Numbered from the stretch's first letter, positions 17,495 to 26,883 are shown. The stretch is 64,000 bases of DNA from a virus (IMGVR_UViG_3300010383_000113:101830-165829); one strand, 5' to 3'. The notes: generated by a model from the letters alone, not told the origin. Numbers and translations are program-made.

Positions 17495-19282
17495 GTGGCC
17501 GATTGTCAGACCTGGATGTTCAACCCCGGCAAGCCATGCTGCGGCGACGACGGACTCAAGTGCGGCGTCCCCCTCTTCCCGGGTGACACGCCGAACACCT
17601 GGATATACTCGCCCGTCGCCTCGGCTTCCGTAGCGGGCCGTGGGAACGTGTCCCTGGCCTTCAGGTACGCCCCTGACGGGAATCGGGGCTACTGGCGATC
17701 GTCCGTCGTCCGGTTCGACAGCGACCATGTCGTGAAGGTCGATCGTGATGGGAACCCCGTCTCGATCGGCCCCGGCGTCTCCGGCTTCCGGATCTTCTTC
17801 CGTGGGTCGTCTCGCAACCCCCTCGGGTACGAGGCCCAGCTCGTCTACATGACGGCCTTCAGCCCCCTCGACCCAGCGACCGGCGAGCCGTGGCCGAATC
17901 CCACGTCGATCAGCCAGGGGTTCCTTGACGTCGGCAGCAGGTATTTCCGGATCGACGGGCCCGTCGTCGACGGCGGTGATCCCTTCTCGTTCTTCGGCAT
18001 GAAGCGTGAGTATGAACCGGGTGCCGATGGGCCTTCGTTCGGCGTCTCCGCGTCCGGCCTCTTCGTCGGCACCTCCTTCGGATCGATCGCATTCAACTCC
18101 GCTTTGACGAGACCCGTCGGATCGTCGATCAATTACGGCGGCACGCCGAGGTTCTTGGCGTCCTCTCCTCCGACCGTCGCTTCAAGTTTCGGAGTCTCAA
18201 CCCAGACGGCCGACGCGAGCGAATGCTGCCGTCCATGGTGCCAGACCTGCCAATGCTTCCTGGATTACTTCGCCACGGTGGACGACGGCAACGGAGTCTG
18301 GTGGCTCAATCGGACGAACACGCAGTCTGGCATCGCCGGGGGTAGGAACGTCTACACGGGGAGTGGATGGAAGCACACCGGGCTGTTCTACCCGGACTAT
18401 CCTGGTTCGACCAAGTTGTTCGAGCGTTTCAGTAATTACGACTTCAACGTCTACTGCTGCGGTGATTCCATCAAGCTCGCCGTGCAGTACAACCTCTACG
18501 AATACGGCGTTGGGCTTGGCGGGCAGACCATCATCTACACGCGGAACATGGTGCCCTTGTATAAGCAGTTCGTCCTAACGGGCGACCCCGGTTCCGGTCA
18601 GATGTCGCTCGAACCGATGGATGGCGTCTACACACAGAACACCTACTCGCCGCCGAGCGTCCGGGACGCCTGCACGAACCTCGTCAAACTCGACGTCGAT
18701 GCCTACAACGCCCTCTACTCGAACAACCAGACCTTCCCTCACACGATGTTCGTGCTGGACCATGACGGCGGTCCGAACATGCCGGTCACCGGCGGCACGG
18801 TCGCCATCCGGACGATGGACCAGCGTCGTGTCGTGTGCTGTCGCTATCCCTTGCCGAAGAAGAACCTCGTCCTGAGCTGGACCCACCCCGAGATCGGCGA
18901 CGGATCCGTGAGGTTGATCTACAACGGCGGCGACCAGATATTCACGGCCGGGTGGGTCGCCGAGTCCGTCGTGCAGACGAGCGTGCCGTTCCCGGCCGGG
19001 ACTTCGTGTGCGGGTCGTCCGGCGGGATTGAAGTTCATCCTCGGATGCGGAGGCCTCGGCTACCAGCCTCATTCCACGGACGGATGCTTCAGCACGGACA
19101 CGTCATCCCTGCTCGAATTCCACCCCTATCCGGTCGCCACGACGTCGGAAGACCTCCTCTTCTGGATCAGCAGCCGCCCCCTCGTCATCGAATGGCAGAA
19201 GTATTGGCGTCCCGAACTGGGTACTCCCGTGCCCTCGTTCTTCTCTCAGCTCGGCTTCACCAGCCTGACGATCACGGAGTGA
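17495..19282 (+). CDS. large Gly/Ser/Cys-rich hypothetical protein (possible structural or adsorption protein)
   Basis: 595 aa; GTG 17495 or ATG 17516; CCRPWCQTCQC, YCCGDS; only long plus-strand gene. Confidence 0.5.
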   Translation: MADCQTWMFNPGKPCCGDDGLKCGVPLFPGDTPNTWIYSPVASASVAGRGNVSLAFRYAPDGNRGYWRSSVVRFDSDHVVKVDRDGNPVSIGPGVSGFRIFFRGSSRNPLGYEAQLVYMTAFSPLDPATGEPWPNPTSISQGFLDVGSRYFRIDGPVVDGGDPFSFFGMKREYEPGADGPSFGVSASGLFVGTSFGSIAFNSALTRPVGSSINYGGTPRFLASSPPTVASSFGVSTQTADASECCRPWCQTCQCFLDYFATVDDGNGVWWLNRTNTQSGIAGGRNVYTGSGWKHTGLFYPDYPGSTKLFERFSNYDFNVYCCGDSIKLAVQYNLYEYGVGLGGQTIIYTRNMVPLYKQFVLTGDPGSGQMSLEPMDGVYTQNTYSPPSVRDACTNLVKLDVDAYNALYSNNQTFPHTMFVLDHDGGPNMPVTGGTVAIRTMDQRRVVCCRYPLPKKNLVLSWTHPEIGDGSVRLIYNGGDQIFTAGWVAESVVQTSVPFPAGTSCAGRPAGLKFILGCGGLGYQPHSTDGCFSTDTSSLLEFHPYPVATTSEDLLFWISSRPLVIEWQKYWRPELGTPVPSFFSQLGFTSLTITE

Positions 19283-19284
19283 AC

Positions 19285-19722
19285 ATGAAGTGCGATCACT
19301 GTCCGGTCGCCCGAGGAGGATCGTGCCGTGGAGAACGGATCAAACGATATTGCGAGTTGTCCGACCCGGCCCGCAAGGACTACGACCCCACCTACGTCGA
19401 CTTCTTGATCGGGGATGCGAAGCAGGGAGGGGTTGGGCCCGGCCCCTCGTTCCTCAAGAAGGCCGCCAACTTCGCCAGGGCCGCCGTCAAGCACGCGGCC
19501 GACGGGTTCGGCGTCGTCCCGGACGAGGTCCGCGAGGCGAGGCTGGCCAGATGCCGCCCATGTCGCTTCTACGACGACGGGACGTGCCGGCACGAGGAAT
19601 GCGGCTGCCACCTGGAGACGAAGGCGTCCTGGGCCTCCCAGGCCTGCCCGATCGACGAGTGGGGCCCTCATGAGGTCGACGGCCCCGGGCATGGCTGTTC
19701 CTCGTGCGGGGGTGGGCGATGA
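19285..19722 (+). CDS. cysteine-rich putative metal-binding protein
   Basis: MKCDHCPVARGGSCRGE..CRPCRFYDDGTCRHEECGCH; the ORF-track upstream extension overlaps 17495..19282 in another frame and is rejected. Confidence 0.5.
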   Translation: MKCDHCPVARGGSCRGERIKRYCELSDPARKDYDPTYVDFLIGDAKQGGVGPGPSFLKKAANFARAAVKHAADGFGVVPDEVREARLARCRPCRFYDDGTCRHEECGCHLETKASWASQACPIDEWGPHEVDGPGHGCSSCGGGR

Positions 19723-20381
19723 AGATCTGCTGCGTTTCCGATCTCCACGGCCATCTGCCCGAGATCCCCGACTGCGACCTCCTGCTCCTCGGCGGCGACC
19801 TGGTCCCGAGGTGGGCCCACGAGCCTCTCATCGGCCGATCCTGGCTCGACACGAACTTCCGGCGATGGCTTGACGGTCTAACGAGTCGGTGTCGCGTCGT
19901 CGGCGTGGCGGGCAATCACGACTTCGTCTTCGAGGCCGGGATGGGCGATCTCGCACGCCCCCTGCCCTGGACCTACCTCCAGGACTCGGACTACACAGTC
20001 GGTGGCCTCAAGGTCTACGGGAGCCCTTGGCAGCCCTACTTCGGCGGATGGGCGTTCAACCTCGAAGAGGACGACCTGGCCGCCAGGTGGGAGATGGTCC
20101 CGGGCGACGCGGACATCCTCCTCCTGCACGGCCCTCCCTATCTCCATGGCGACTTGACGCCCGAGGGCCTCCATGTGGGCAGCCCCTCCCTGCTCCGATC
20201 CATCCGGAGGGTCCGACCACGCCTGGTTGTTTGCGGACACATCCATTCGGCTCGCGGCGTCTACGAGGTCGGCGTCACGACGATCGTGAACGCCTCATTG
20301 GTCGACGAGGCCTATCGGCCCATTCATGAGCCGTTCCTGGTCGAGATCGACGGCGACGAGGCCGAGGTCCTTCGGGTGTAA
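19719..20381 (+). CDS. metallophosphoesterase (calcineurin-like)
   Basis: VSDLHGH, GGDL, GNHDF, GHIHSARG; ATGA overlap with previous gene. Confidence 0.7.
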   Translation: MKICCVSDLHGHLPEIPDCDLLLLGGDLVPRWAHEPLIGRSWLDTNFRRWLDGLTSRCRVVGVAGNHDFVFEAGMGDLARPLPWTYLQDSDYTVGGLKVYGSPWQPYFGGWAFNLEEDDLAARWEMVPGDADILLLHGPPYLHGDLTPEGLHVGSPSLLRSIRRVRPRLVVCGHIHSARGVYEVGVTTIVNASLVDEAYRPIHEPFLVEIDGDEAEVLRV

Positions 20382-20383
20382 AC

Positions 20384-20426
20384 GAAAAAAGCCGCAGAGG
20401 TCGTGCCCCTGCGGCTTGGTTCTTCA
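20384..20426. terminator. bidirectional rho-independent terminator between convergent genes
   Basis: AAAAAA-GCCGCAG-loop-CTGCGGC-TTGGTTCTT; a U-run follows the hairpin on both strands. Confidence 0.6.
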
Positions 20427-21194
20427 GTCGATGATCTCGGCGATGGCCACCTTCATGCTGGCGGCGGCGGTCTCGTAGGCCTCGGCCGACTCCTTGGGGT
20501 TCAGCTTGAGGCGGCGGCCGATCTTGGCGAGGGACTCGGGCTCCTCCCGGTCGATCCCGAAACGCCTCACGAGGAAGTAGCGTTCGGCGGGGTCGATGCG
20601 ATGGAGGCCGTCCCGGACCAGCTTCACGACGCCGTCGCAGCCGATGTCCGAGGGGTCGGCCTCGTCCTCGTCGGCCACGTCGAGCCTGGTGCCGTCCTCT
20701 CGCGGCGAGTGGAAGGAGGCCGTCTTGCGAGACGCCAGCACGGCCACGATGGCGTCGTACTCGTCCGACGACAGGTCGAAGGACGACATCGCCTCCTCCT
20801 TGGTCGGACGGCGGCCGTTCTCGTCCTGGAACCAGCGGACGAGCCGCTGAAACTTCAGGATGGTCTTGCTGGCGTGGACGGGGACGCGGATCAGGGTGCC
20901 GTTGCGATAGATCGCGTTCTGGATGGCCTCGACCACCCGGAACTTCGCGTGGGTGGAGAACCGGGCCTTGCCGGGGTCGAAGTCCTCGACGGCACGGCAG
21001 AGGCCCAGCATCCCTTCCTGCATCAGGTCCTCGCGTTCGACGCCGCGTCCGACATATGTACGGGCGACGGCCCGGACCAGGGGGATGTGCTTGGCGACCA
21101 GGTCGGCTTTCGACGTGGGCCGGCAGTTCGTGTCGGCTTCGACGCCGCAACCTTCGAAAAAACCACGTTCCTCTTCCAGCGTCAGGTAGGCCAT
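20424..21194 (-). CDS. sigma-70 family sigma factor (group 3-like)
   Basis: region 2 DLMQEGMLGLCRAVEDFDPGKARFSTHAKFRVVEAIQNAI; region 4 YFLVRRFGIDREEPESLAKIGRRLKLNPKE. Confidence 0.7.
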   Translation of the reverse strand: MAYLTLEEERGFFEGCGVEADTNCRPTSKADLVAKHIPLVRAVARTYVGRGVEREDLMQEGMLGLCRAVEDFDPGKARFSTHAKFRVVEAIQNAIYRNGTLIRVPVHASKTILKFQRLVRWFQDENGRRPTKEEAMSSFDLSSDEYDAIVAVLASRKTASFHSPREDGTRLDVADEDEADPSDIGCDGVVKLVRDGLHRIDPAERYFLVRRFGIDREEPESLAKIGRRLKLNPKESAEAYETAAASMKVAIAEIID

Positions 21195-21205
21195 GCGAGG
21201 TTCTC

Positions 21206-21472
21206 TCAGGCGTGGATGTCGGTCAGGAGGTGGGGGAGGCGTTCGATCTGGTGGCCGTAGGTGCCGGTCTGCTCTTTCAGCGGGTCGACGATGACCAGGC
21301 GGACCTTCTGGTTGTCCGAACCGGGCTTGCCGGTGATCTTCCCGATGTAGATCTCGATGGGGCGTCCGGTCGAGGGGGGGACGAGTTCGATGCCTTCGTT
21401 CAGCTTCCGTTCGATGACGAGTGCCAAGCGGATTCTCCGTGCGTTCGATGCGTTTCCATGTGCGGTCTCCAA
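21206..21472 (-). CDS. hypothetical protein
   Basis: 88 aa ORF. Confidence 0.45.
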   Translation of the reverse strand: METAHGNASNARRIRLALVIERKLNEGIELVPPSTGRPIEIYIGKITGKPGSDNQKVRLVIVDPLKEQTGTYGHQIERLPHLLTDIHA

Positions 21473-21497
21473 GTGCCGGGGCCGGGCCCCTATTCAG

Positions 21498-21510
21498 AAT
21501 ATAGGACAGA
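21498..21510 (-). promoter_or_regulatory. putative -10 element TGTCCTATATT in 75-nt intergenic gap
   Basis: cgTCCTAyAAT family. Confidence 0.3.
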
Positions 21511-21548
21511 AGGTTTCGTGTTCGTGCGATCAGGAGTGCGTGATCATC

Positions 21549-21802
21549 TTAGGCGTGAAACGGCACGATGCAATAGGAATCTTCGAGATGTCCGCATGTC
21601 GATGCCAGTTCAGCCTTTCGGCAAGCCTCGCGGTAGGACGGGAATCGGGTGGCGGTGGCGGGGTCGGTCGTGAACCGGGTGCCCCAGACGTAGGAGGCGA
21701 TCGGGCGGCGGGGGTTGTCGACGCGGATGATGAGCGATTCGGCCATCGGGGTCTCCGGGTGAAAGTTCGGCGGACCCCTGTAATGTAGGACGAGCGGATC
21801 CA
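21549..21802 (-). CDS. hypothetical small protein
   Basis: ATGATG at about 21797-21802 lies 4 nt after GGAGCAGGGAGG; an alternative start MAESLII (about 21740) is preceded by CGTCCTACATT and GGAG. Confidence 0.35.
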
Positions 21803-22639
21803 TCATCCGGCCTCCCTGCTCCTCTGCCCTCCCCCTTTGGTCATGAGATGGTGACGGGCCAGGTCGAGGATCGTGATCGCCGCCGACTCCGGGAGGTCGG
21901 GGTGGACGATCTTCACCTCGACCGAGGCCTTGTACGCGGGCGTCTCGACGGGGATGATGAACTTGGAGACCTTGCCCTTCAGGAGGGTGGACTCCTTGGG
22001 GTTCTCGGCCCTGGCGACGCTGTAGGCTTTCGTCAGGCTGATCTTGCCCTCGATGAGCTGCTGCCTGGTCGTCTCGTTCAGCTTCAATATACTCAGCATC
22101 TTCGAGACGTGTCCGGCGGAAATCCCGATTTTCTTGGCGACCTGATCCTGGCTCATGCCGAGCTTGTCCATCATGGCCTTGTAGGCCTCGGCCTGCTCGA
22201 CCGGATTGAGGTCTTCGCGGGTGCAGTTCTCGATGAGCTGGTCGACCAGCAGGTTCCCGTCGTCCAGCTTGCTCGTCTCGATCAGGGCCTCGATCGCCGT
22301 CACGCCCGCCATCCGGCAGGCCTGCCAGCGACGCTCCCCGGCGATGATGACGTAGTGTTCGAGCAGGTCGTCCCACCGGACGCGGATCGCCTGGAGGAGC
22401 CCCCGGTCGCGGATCGTGTCGGCCAGGCGTTCGAGTTCGACCTGGTCGAATTGCTTGCGGGGCTGGTTCGGGTCCGGCTTGATCCGGTCGATCGGGATCA
22501 GGCCCGAGTTCTTGAGCTTCTTGACGCCCTGATGCTGGGCGGACCTGGCGGGGGCCGGCGTGGCGGCTTCGGCCGACGCGGCCTCTTCGAGCCCGGCCCC
22601 CATCGACTCGGCCATATGGTCTTCGTTGAACCTGCTCAT
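21803..22639 (-). CDS. parB: ParB partition protein
   Basis: IIAGERRWQA (ParB GERR box), HTH region; start MSRFNEDHMAESMG near 22639. Confidence 0.75.
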   Translation of the reverse strand: MSRFNEDHMAESMGAGLEEAASAEAATPAPARSAQHQGVKKLKNSGLIPIDRIKPDPNQPRKQFDQVELERLADTIRDRGLLQAIRVRWDDLLEHYVIIAGERRWQACRMAGVTAIEALIETSKLDDGNLLVDQLIENCTREDLNPVEQAEAYKAMMDKLGMSQDQVAKKIGISAGHVSKMLSILKLNETTRQQLIEGKISLTKAYSVARAENPKESTLLKGKVSKFIIPVETPAYKASVEVKIVHPDLPESAAITILDLARHHLMTKGGGQRSREAG

Positions 22640-23439
22640 GCCGCGATCTCCCCGTTTCCGTTCGTGAGGATGCGAAGCTCGATCTCGTTGGCGAGGTCCC
22701 CCACCGCCTCGTGGGCCGCCGACTTCTTCTTGAAGTGGCAGATGGGGGTCCGGCCGACCACGGCCTCCTTGAAGGCCGAGGCGTTGGGGATCGTGGTCAG
22801 CATCACCCGCTGCTTGTACGTGTTCCGGAGGAGTTGGTGGAACTTCTGGTGGACGGCCAGTTGGCGGTTGTATTGCGAGATGAGGTAGCCCAGGAGGGTG
22901 GGAGGGCCGCCCCGGATCTTCTGGGCCTTGGCGATGGCCTGGTTGACCTCGAAGATGCCCTGAGTGCCCAGGTCCTCGGGCTGGAGCGGCACCAGGACCC
23001 AGTCGCTCGCGATCAGGGCCGCGTGGGTCGTGAAGTCGAGCGACGGCCTCGTGTCGATGAGGACGTAGTCGTAGTCGTCGCGGACGTCGTCGAGGAAGTC
23101 CTTCAGCGACTCTTCGCCCTCGTGCCACTCCTCCTCGGCGGTCCGGTCACGCTTGATGACGTCGCGATGGCCGGGCAGCAGGTGGAGGTTGTCGAAGCCG
23201 GTCGGGTGGATCACGGACTCGTCGACGATCTCGTCCGAGTAGACCTGGTCGATCGACCGTTCGCGGGGCAGGGCGTGGAGGCCCTTCGGCCCCCAGAACA
23301 ACTGGGTGAGGCTCGACTGGGAGTCGTTGTCCACGACGAGGACTTTCCGGCCTCGTTGGGCCAGGACGCCCCCCAGGTGGAAGCAGGTGGACGTCTTGCC
23401 GACGCCCCCCTTGAGGTTCGTGACCGCGATGATGGGCAT
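22636..23439 (-). CDS. parA: ParA partition ATPase
   Basis: deviant Walker A KGGVGKTS, VDNDSQ; ATGA-coupled to parB. Confidence 0.8.
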   Translation of the reverse strand: MPIIAVTNLKGGVGKTSTCFHLGGVLAQRGRKVLVVDNDSQSSLTQLFWGPKGLHALPRERSIDQVYSDEIVDESVIHPTGFDNLHLLPGHRDVIKRDRTAEEEWHEGEESLKDFLDDVRDDYDYVLIDTRPSLDFTTHAALIASDWVLVPLQPEDLGTQGIFEVNQAIAKAQKIRGGPPTLLGYLISQYNRQLAVHQKFHQLLRNTYKQRVMLTTIPNASAFKEAVVGRTPICHFKKKSAAHEAVGDLANEIELRILTNGNGEIAA

Positions 23440-23549
23440 GACGATCGGGCTCCGGTTAGATGGTGATCACCACCCTTCTTATCGGAGCCGTGCCCGTGGG
23501 CCTGCAAGAAAAACGGGAGGAGCAGGGGGTGGTGTCGTCCCGGCCCCGT

Positions 23550-23728
23550 CTTTCTCGGAGAAAGTTGCCGGCCGCCCTCGCCGTCACGGTCCCCGGCGGG
23601 GCGATCTTTCCTCAAGAAAGGTCCGGCTGTGCGGCCTCTGATATGTTCGATCGACCCGTCTTTCTCGAAGAAAGATCGACCTGCGGCGTGCCGGCCGGCC
23701 CGTCGGACGACGCCTTTCTTGAGGAAAG
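23550..23728. repeat. centromere-like array: four 15-bp palindromes CTTTC-N5-GAAAG at about 55-bp spacing
   Basis: CTTTCTCGGAGAAAG (23550), CTTTCCTCAAGAAAG (23606), CTTTCTCGAAGAAAG (23660), CTTTCTTGAGGAAAG (23714); immediately upstream of parA. Confidence 0.6.
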
Positions 23729-23738
23729 ATCGCCCGTT

Positions 23739-23767
23739 CGCCCTCCCTGCTACGCGGCGAAGCCGCC
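23739..23767. repeat. motif-hairpin module CGCCCTCCCTGCTAC + GCGGCgaaGCCGC
   Basis: direct reading; flanks the parS array opposite GGAGCAGGGGGTGG at 23512-23530. Confidence 0.6.
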
Positions 23768-23780
23768 GAGGGTCGCGACC

Positions 23781-24311
23781 TCAGACGTGCTCGTAGATGT
23801 CGCCCAGGTCGAAGTGGCCGTAGACGACGCCGTCCAGGTCGATGGGCACCGGCTCGCCGGGACGGTAGTCCTTGACGCCTTCGAGCGAGGTTTCCTGGAG
23901 TACGCCCTCGATCGGGTCGATCATCCAGTGGGTCCTCAATCCGCTTCGAAGGTAGATTTGCCTGCCGACGACGATGCGTTCGTGATTCGATCGCGAGGCC
24001 ACGTCGATGACGAGCCCGGCGTCTTTGGCGTTGATCGCCCGATGGTCGGTCCCTCGGCAGACGAGGACGGCCGGCACGTAGACGTTGTAGGGGTCGCAGA
24101 AGACCCATTTCTCGCGATGCGACGCGGCCGTCCAGAGGGACGGGTCCAGGCTGTCTTCGACGAGGTGGACGAGGCGTTCCGCGATGGAGTCGACCGTGAA
24201 GCTCTGGAGCAGGAGGTGGGGGACGCCCCGGAAGAGTTCGACCTGGTTGCTCCGGGTCTCGTCCCTGTACCACCCCAGGCCGATCGTCTGGATGAATTGG
24301 CGGGCGTCCAT
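23781..24311 (-). CDS. Uma2-family (DUF820) putative endonuclease
   Basis: start MDARQF; DVASRSNHERIVVGRQIYLRSGLRTHWMIDP matches the Uma2 C-terminal pattern. Confidence 0.5.
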   Translation of the reverse strand: MDARQFIQTIGLGWYRDETRSNQVELFRGVPHLLLQSFTVDSIAERLVHLVEDSLDPSLWTAASHREKWVFCDPYNVYVPAVLVCRGTDHRAINAKDAGLVIDVASRSNHERIVVGRQIYLRSGLRTHWMIDPIEGVLQETSLEGVKDYRPGEPVPIDLDGVVYGHFDLGDIYEHV

Positions 24312-24340
24312 CCGGTACGGGGAGTAGGGGCGTGCCGGCG

Positions 24341-24803
24341 TCAGGTAGTCTCGACGCCGAACCTTAACTGGTGGTCGCTCAGGTCGCAGTAGCCCTTCAC
24401 CTTCGTGTGCTTGCATACGGCCCTCATGAAGTACCAGGCGTCGGCCTCGTGGGCCCGTTCGTCGTGCTCCATCCCGAGTCCCCGGAGGGCGTCGAGGCAC
24501 CTCTCCGTCAGACGATAGGCGGATTCGCCGGCAGCCGCAAGGCGAGGTACGGCCAGCCAGTCGTCCGGGGGGAGCCCGATCGGCCCCGGCTCCTCGGAGG
24601 CGGTGAGGACGACGCGGCCGTCCGGAAGCGGGATGAAGTCGAGGACCATCTTGGCGATGATCGTCCCGACGCGGAATTTTCTCGGGCCGTAGGGAGACGT
24701 GGCCGGTTCGGCGTAAGGCCCGACGACGGACTTGGGATCGAGCAGGCGGCCTCGACGATCGAAGGGGAGGGCGACCCCGCCGAGGTCGACGTAGCCCTTA
24801 ATG
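24341..24803 (-). CDS. hypothetical protein
   Basis: probable GTG start VTRIKGY overlapping the upstream stop. Confidence 0.35.
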
Positions 24804-25190
24804 CGTGTCACTGAGGTGCCCGATCGGCTGGAAGATGATGAGTTTCTGTCTGCGGACCGTCTTGCAAACCATGCTGAACGGCAAGGAGTCGACAGGGGCG
24901 GTCGTAAATGGGTGTACGGCCCGATCATGATCCGGGCCCAAGATCCAGCGAACGATCCCCTGGCCGTCGAGTTCCTTGAGCTTGGCTCGGTTGAGGCCGA
25001 ATTTGCTGTCGGTCAACAATTCCCCAACGCGATCGAAATCGAAACCCTCGGACACCCAGATCAGGGCGAACAGCGTTTCGTCTTCCTCTAGCAGTTCTAC
25101 CAGGTCGCCATAAGTCTTAAGCGGGTGGAGCATCTCGATCTCCGAAGGATTTCGTTCGTCACGGTGGCCCGTCGTCCCCACGAAGATCAT
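24798..25190 (-). CDS. hypothetical protein
   Basis: 130 aa ORF. Confidence 0.4.
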   Translation of the reverse strand: MIFVGTTGHRDERNPSEIEMLHPLKTYGDLVELLEEDETLFALIWVSEGFDFDRVGELLTDSKFGLNRAKLKELDGQGIVRWILGPDHDRAVHPFTTAPVDSLPFSMVCKTVRRQKLIIFQPIGHLSDTH

Positions 25191-25205
25191 ATTCGTCGCT
25201 CCGTT

Positions 25206-26606
25206 CTAGCGGGGCGTGTTTCCCCGATTTTCCAGGATGTAGCGAATTATCTTCTCTCGCAGGGCTGCCGACTTCAGCGTCTTCCGCCATCCAGCCTTCC
25301 TCGGCTCCGCATGCTCATTATCAATATCTCTGAATGTCAGTTCAAGTTCGTTTTTGTAAAGTTCCTCGACTTTCTCGGTAATTTCACGTCGCACGGCATC
25401 CGACATCTTCGACCAGATCCTCTCGGCGACCGCTGAATCGTCGAGTTTTGACTCATGATTGGCACCATCCCGTCCGACATGAATAGTTGTACGCACCCGA
25501 GATGAGATGTCAACGGGCAGTCGGTGGAAACCTCCCGGAATCGCACGAACGACATATCCTGCCAGGCTTCTCTTGATTTCCCCTTTTGACTGCATTTCCC
25601 GTGCCACCTTCACGGTGTGCAGGATGTCGTCCTCGCGATGCTCGGCGGCCAGCTTCTCGGCGGCCTGGCGGGCGACACCGCACTCCAGCAGGGCCCTCAA
25701 CCCCTCGGAGGCGGGGGCCTGGACGGGGAGGGGAGGAGCAGGGGGGGTCGAGGGGAGGGTCGCATTTCCGGCCCGGACGACGACGCGGACGTCCCAACCC
25801 CCGTCGGGCCTCTTCCTATAACGCCCCTCGGGGCCGGGTTGTTCCAGGAATCCGACGGATTCAAGCTGTGCAAAACCCGGGCTGAGCTTCTGTTTGATCT
25901 GGCCGGCGTCGAGCTTTTCACGCCCCATCATCCCCATCTTGTCGAACGCGAAGCTCCGAAGGTCATAGGCCTGCTCCAGGGAGCCGACGTGGGCCTGCCT
26001 CCCGAGGTAGCGGAACATGTGCTTGGCGAGGGGCTTCGAAATCCGGCGATACGTCTCGAAGTCGAACTCGCGGACGTTGCCGGCCCGCAGGCTGTTGAAC
26101 ATCCGGCTGTCCCAGGTGACCTCGTAATACGATCGCCCCCTGCTCCCGGCCCCCTTGCCCTCCACGAAGTTGCCGATCACCTGGAAGTGGGCGTCCTCCA
26201 GCACGCCCGTCGTCTTGTTGAACCAGGCGTTCTTGAAGTCGAGCAGGACGAGCCGCCACAGGCTGATGGAGGCTTGCAACCTCTCATACGACCACCCCTG
26301 CTTCCTCCACCCTATCAACTTGATCATTTCCGTAGGGGTGAACGAGAATGCGGGCGTCTCAAATCCGTCGATCCGATGATGCAGCGTAATCAGACCCAGG
26401 ATCACTTCCTCGTCGACCGTGGACGGGAGGTTCAGGCTGCCGTTGACCGATATCGTGAAGGACCTGACGACGGGCTGGCCCGTGATCGGGTGCGGGATCC
26501 GGTCCTGGTAGGTCACGGACCTGGCCCCGACCATCTTCTCGCTCGCGGGGAAGCACATGGGGAAGTCCGACATGTTCAACTCGTCGCGGCCGGGGTCCGT
26601 CGTCAT
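25206..26606 (-). CDS. repA: replication initiator protein (RepA-like)
   Basis: 466 aa; sits directly between an AT-rich inverted repeat and an eight-copy iteron array, and next to parAB; assignment is by context plus weak family resemblance. Confidence 0.5.
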   Translation of the reverse strand: MTTDPGRDELNMSDFPMCFPASEKMVGARSVTYQDRIPHPITGQPVVRSFTISVNGSLNLPSTVDEEVILGLITLHHRIDGFETPAFSFTPTEMIKLIGWRKQGWSYERLQASISLWRLVLLDFKNAWFNKTTGVLEDAHFQVIGNFVEGKGAGSRGRSYYEVTWDSRMFNSLRAGNVREFDFETYRRISKPLAKHMFRYLGRQAHVGSLEQAYDLRSFAFDKMGMMGREKLDAGQIKQKLSPGFAQLESVGFLEQPGPEGRYRKRPDGGWDVRVVVRAGNATLPSTPPAPPLPVQAPASEGLRALLECGVARQAAEKLAAEHREDDILHTVKVAREMQSKGEIKRSLAGYVVRAIPGGFHRLPVDISSRVRTTIHVGRDGANHESKLDDSAVAERIWSKMSDAVRREITEKVEELYKNELELTFRDIDNEHAEPRKAGWRKTLKSAALREKIIRYILENRGNTPR

Positions 26607-26612
26607 CCGGGT

Positions 26613-26660
26613 CTCCTGTTGTTGATTCTTTTCGAAAGAACATCAAACAAACAACAGGAG
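26613..26660. promoter_or_regulatory. AT-rich inverted repeat at repA start (operator or DNA-unwinding element candidate)
   Basis: CTCCTGTTGTT..N26..AACAACAGGAG with internal TTCTTTTCGAAAGAA. Confidence 0.45.
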
Positions 26661-26710
26661 CGGACGTCACGATCCGCAAATGCCGTTTGTTCCGCTACTT
26701 ACGATGGACG

Positions 26711-26883
26711 CCTACTCGGTTTGACTCCAAATCCTACCCGGGATGACGCCAACCCTACCCGATTTGACTCCAGATCCTACTCGGGACGACTCCAAGCCTA
26801 CTCGGTTTGACTCTTGGGGTTCCTACCGCCTTTGACTCCAGACCTACCCGAGATGACTCCAAAGCCTACTCGGTTTGACTCCA
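26711..26883. repeat. iteron array: eight tandem 21-22 bp direct repeats, consensus CCTACYCGRKWTGACTCCA (putative oriV)
   Basis: direct reading; two-helical-turn periodicity; adjacent to repA. Confidence 0.7.

Noticed and set aside
23550-26883. The parS-like palindromes and the iteron array as a possible CRISPR array
   Set aside because: The repeats are contiguous (iterons) or are themselves short palindromes 40 bp apart, there are no unique spacers of uniform length and no cas genes, and the context is replication and partition.
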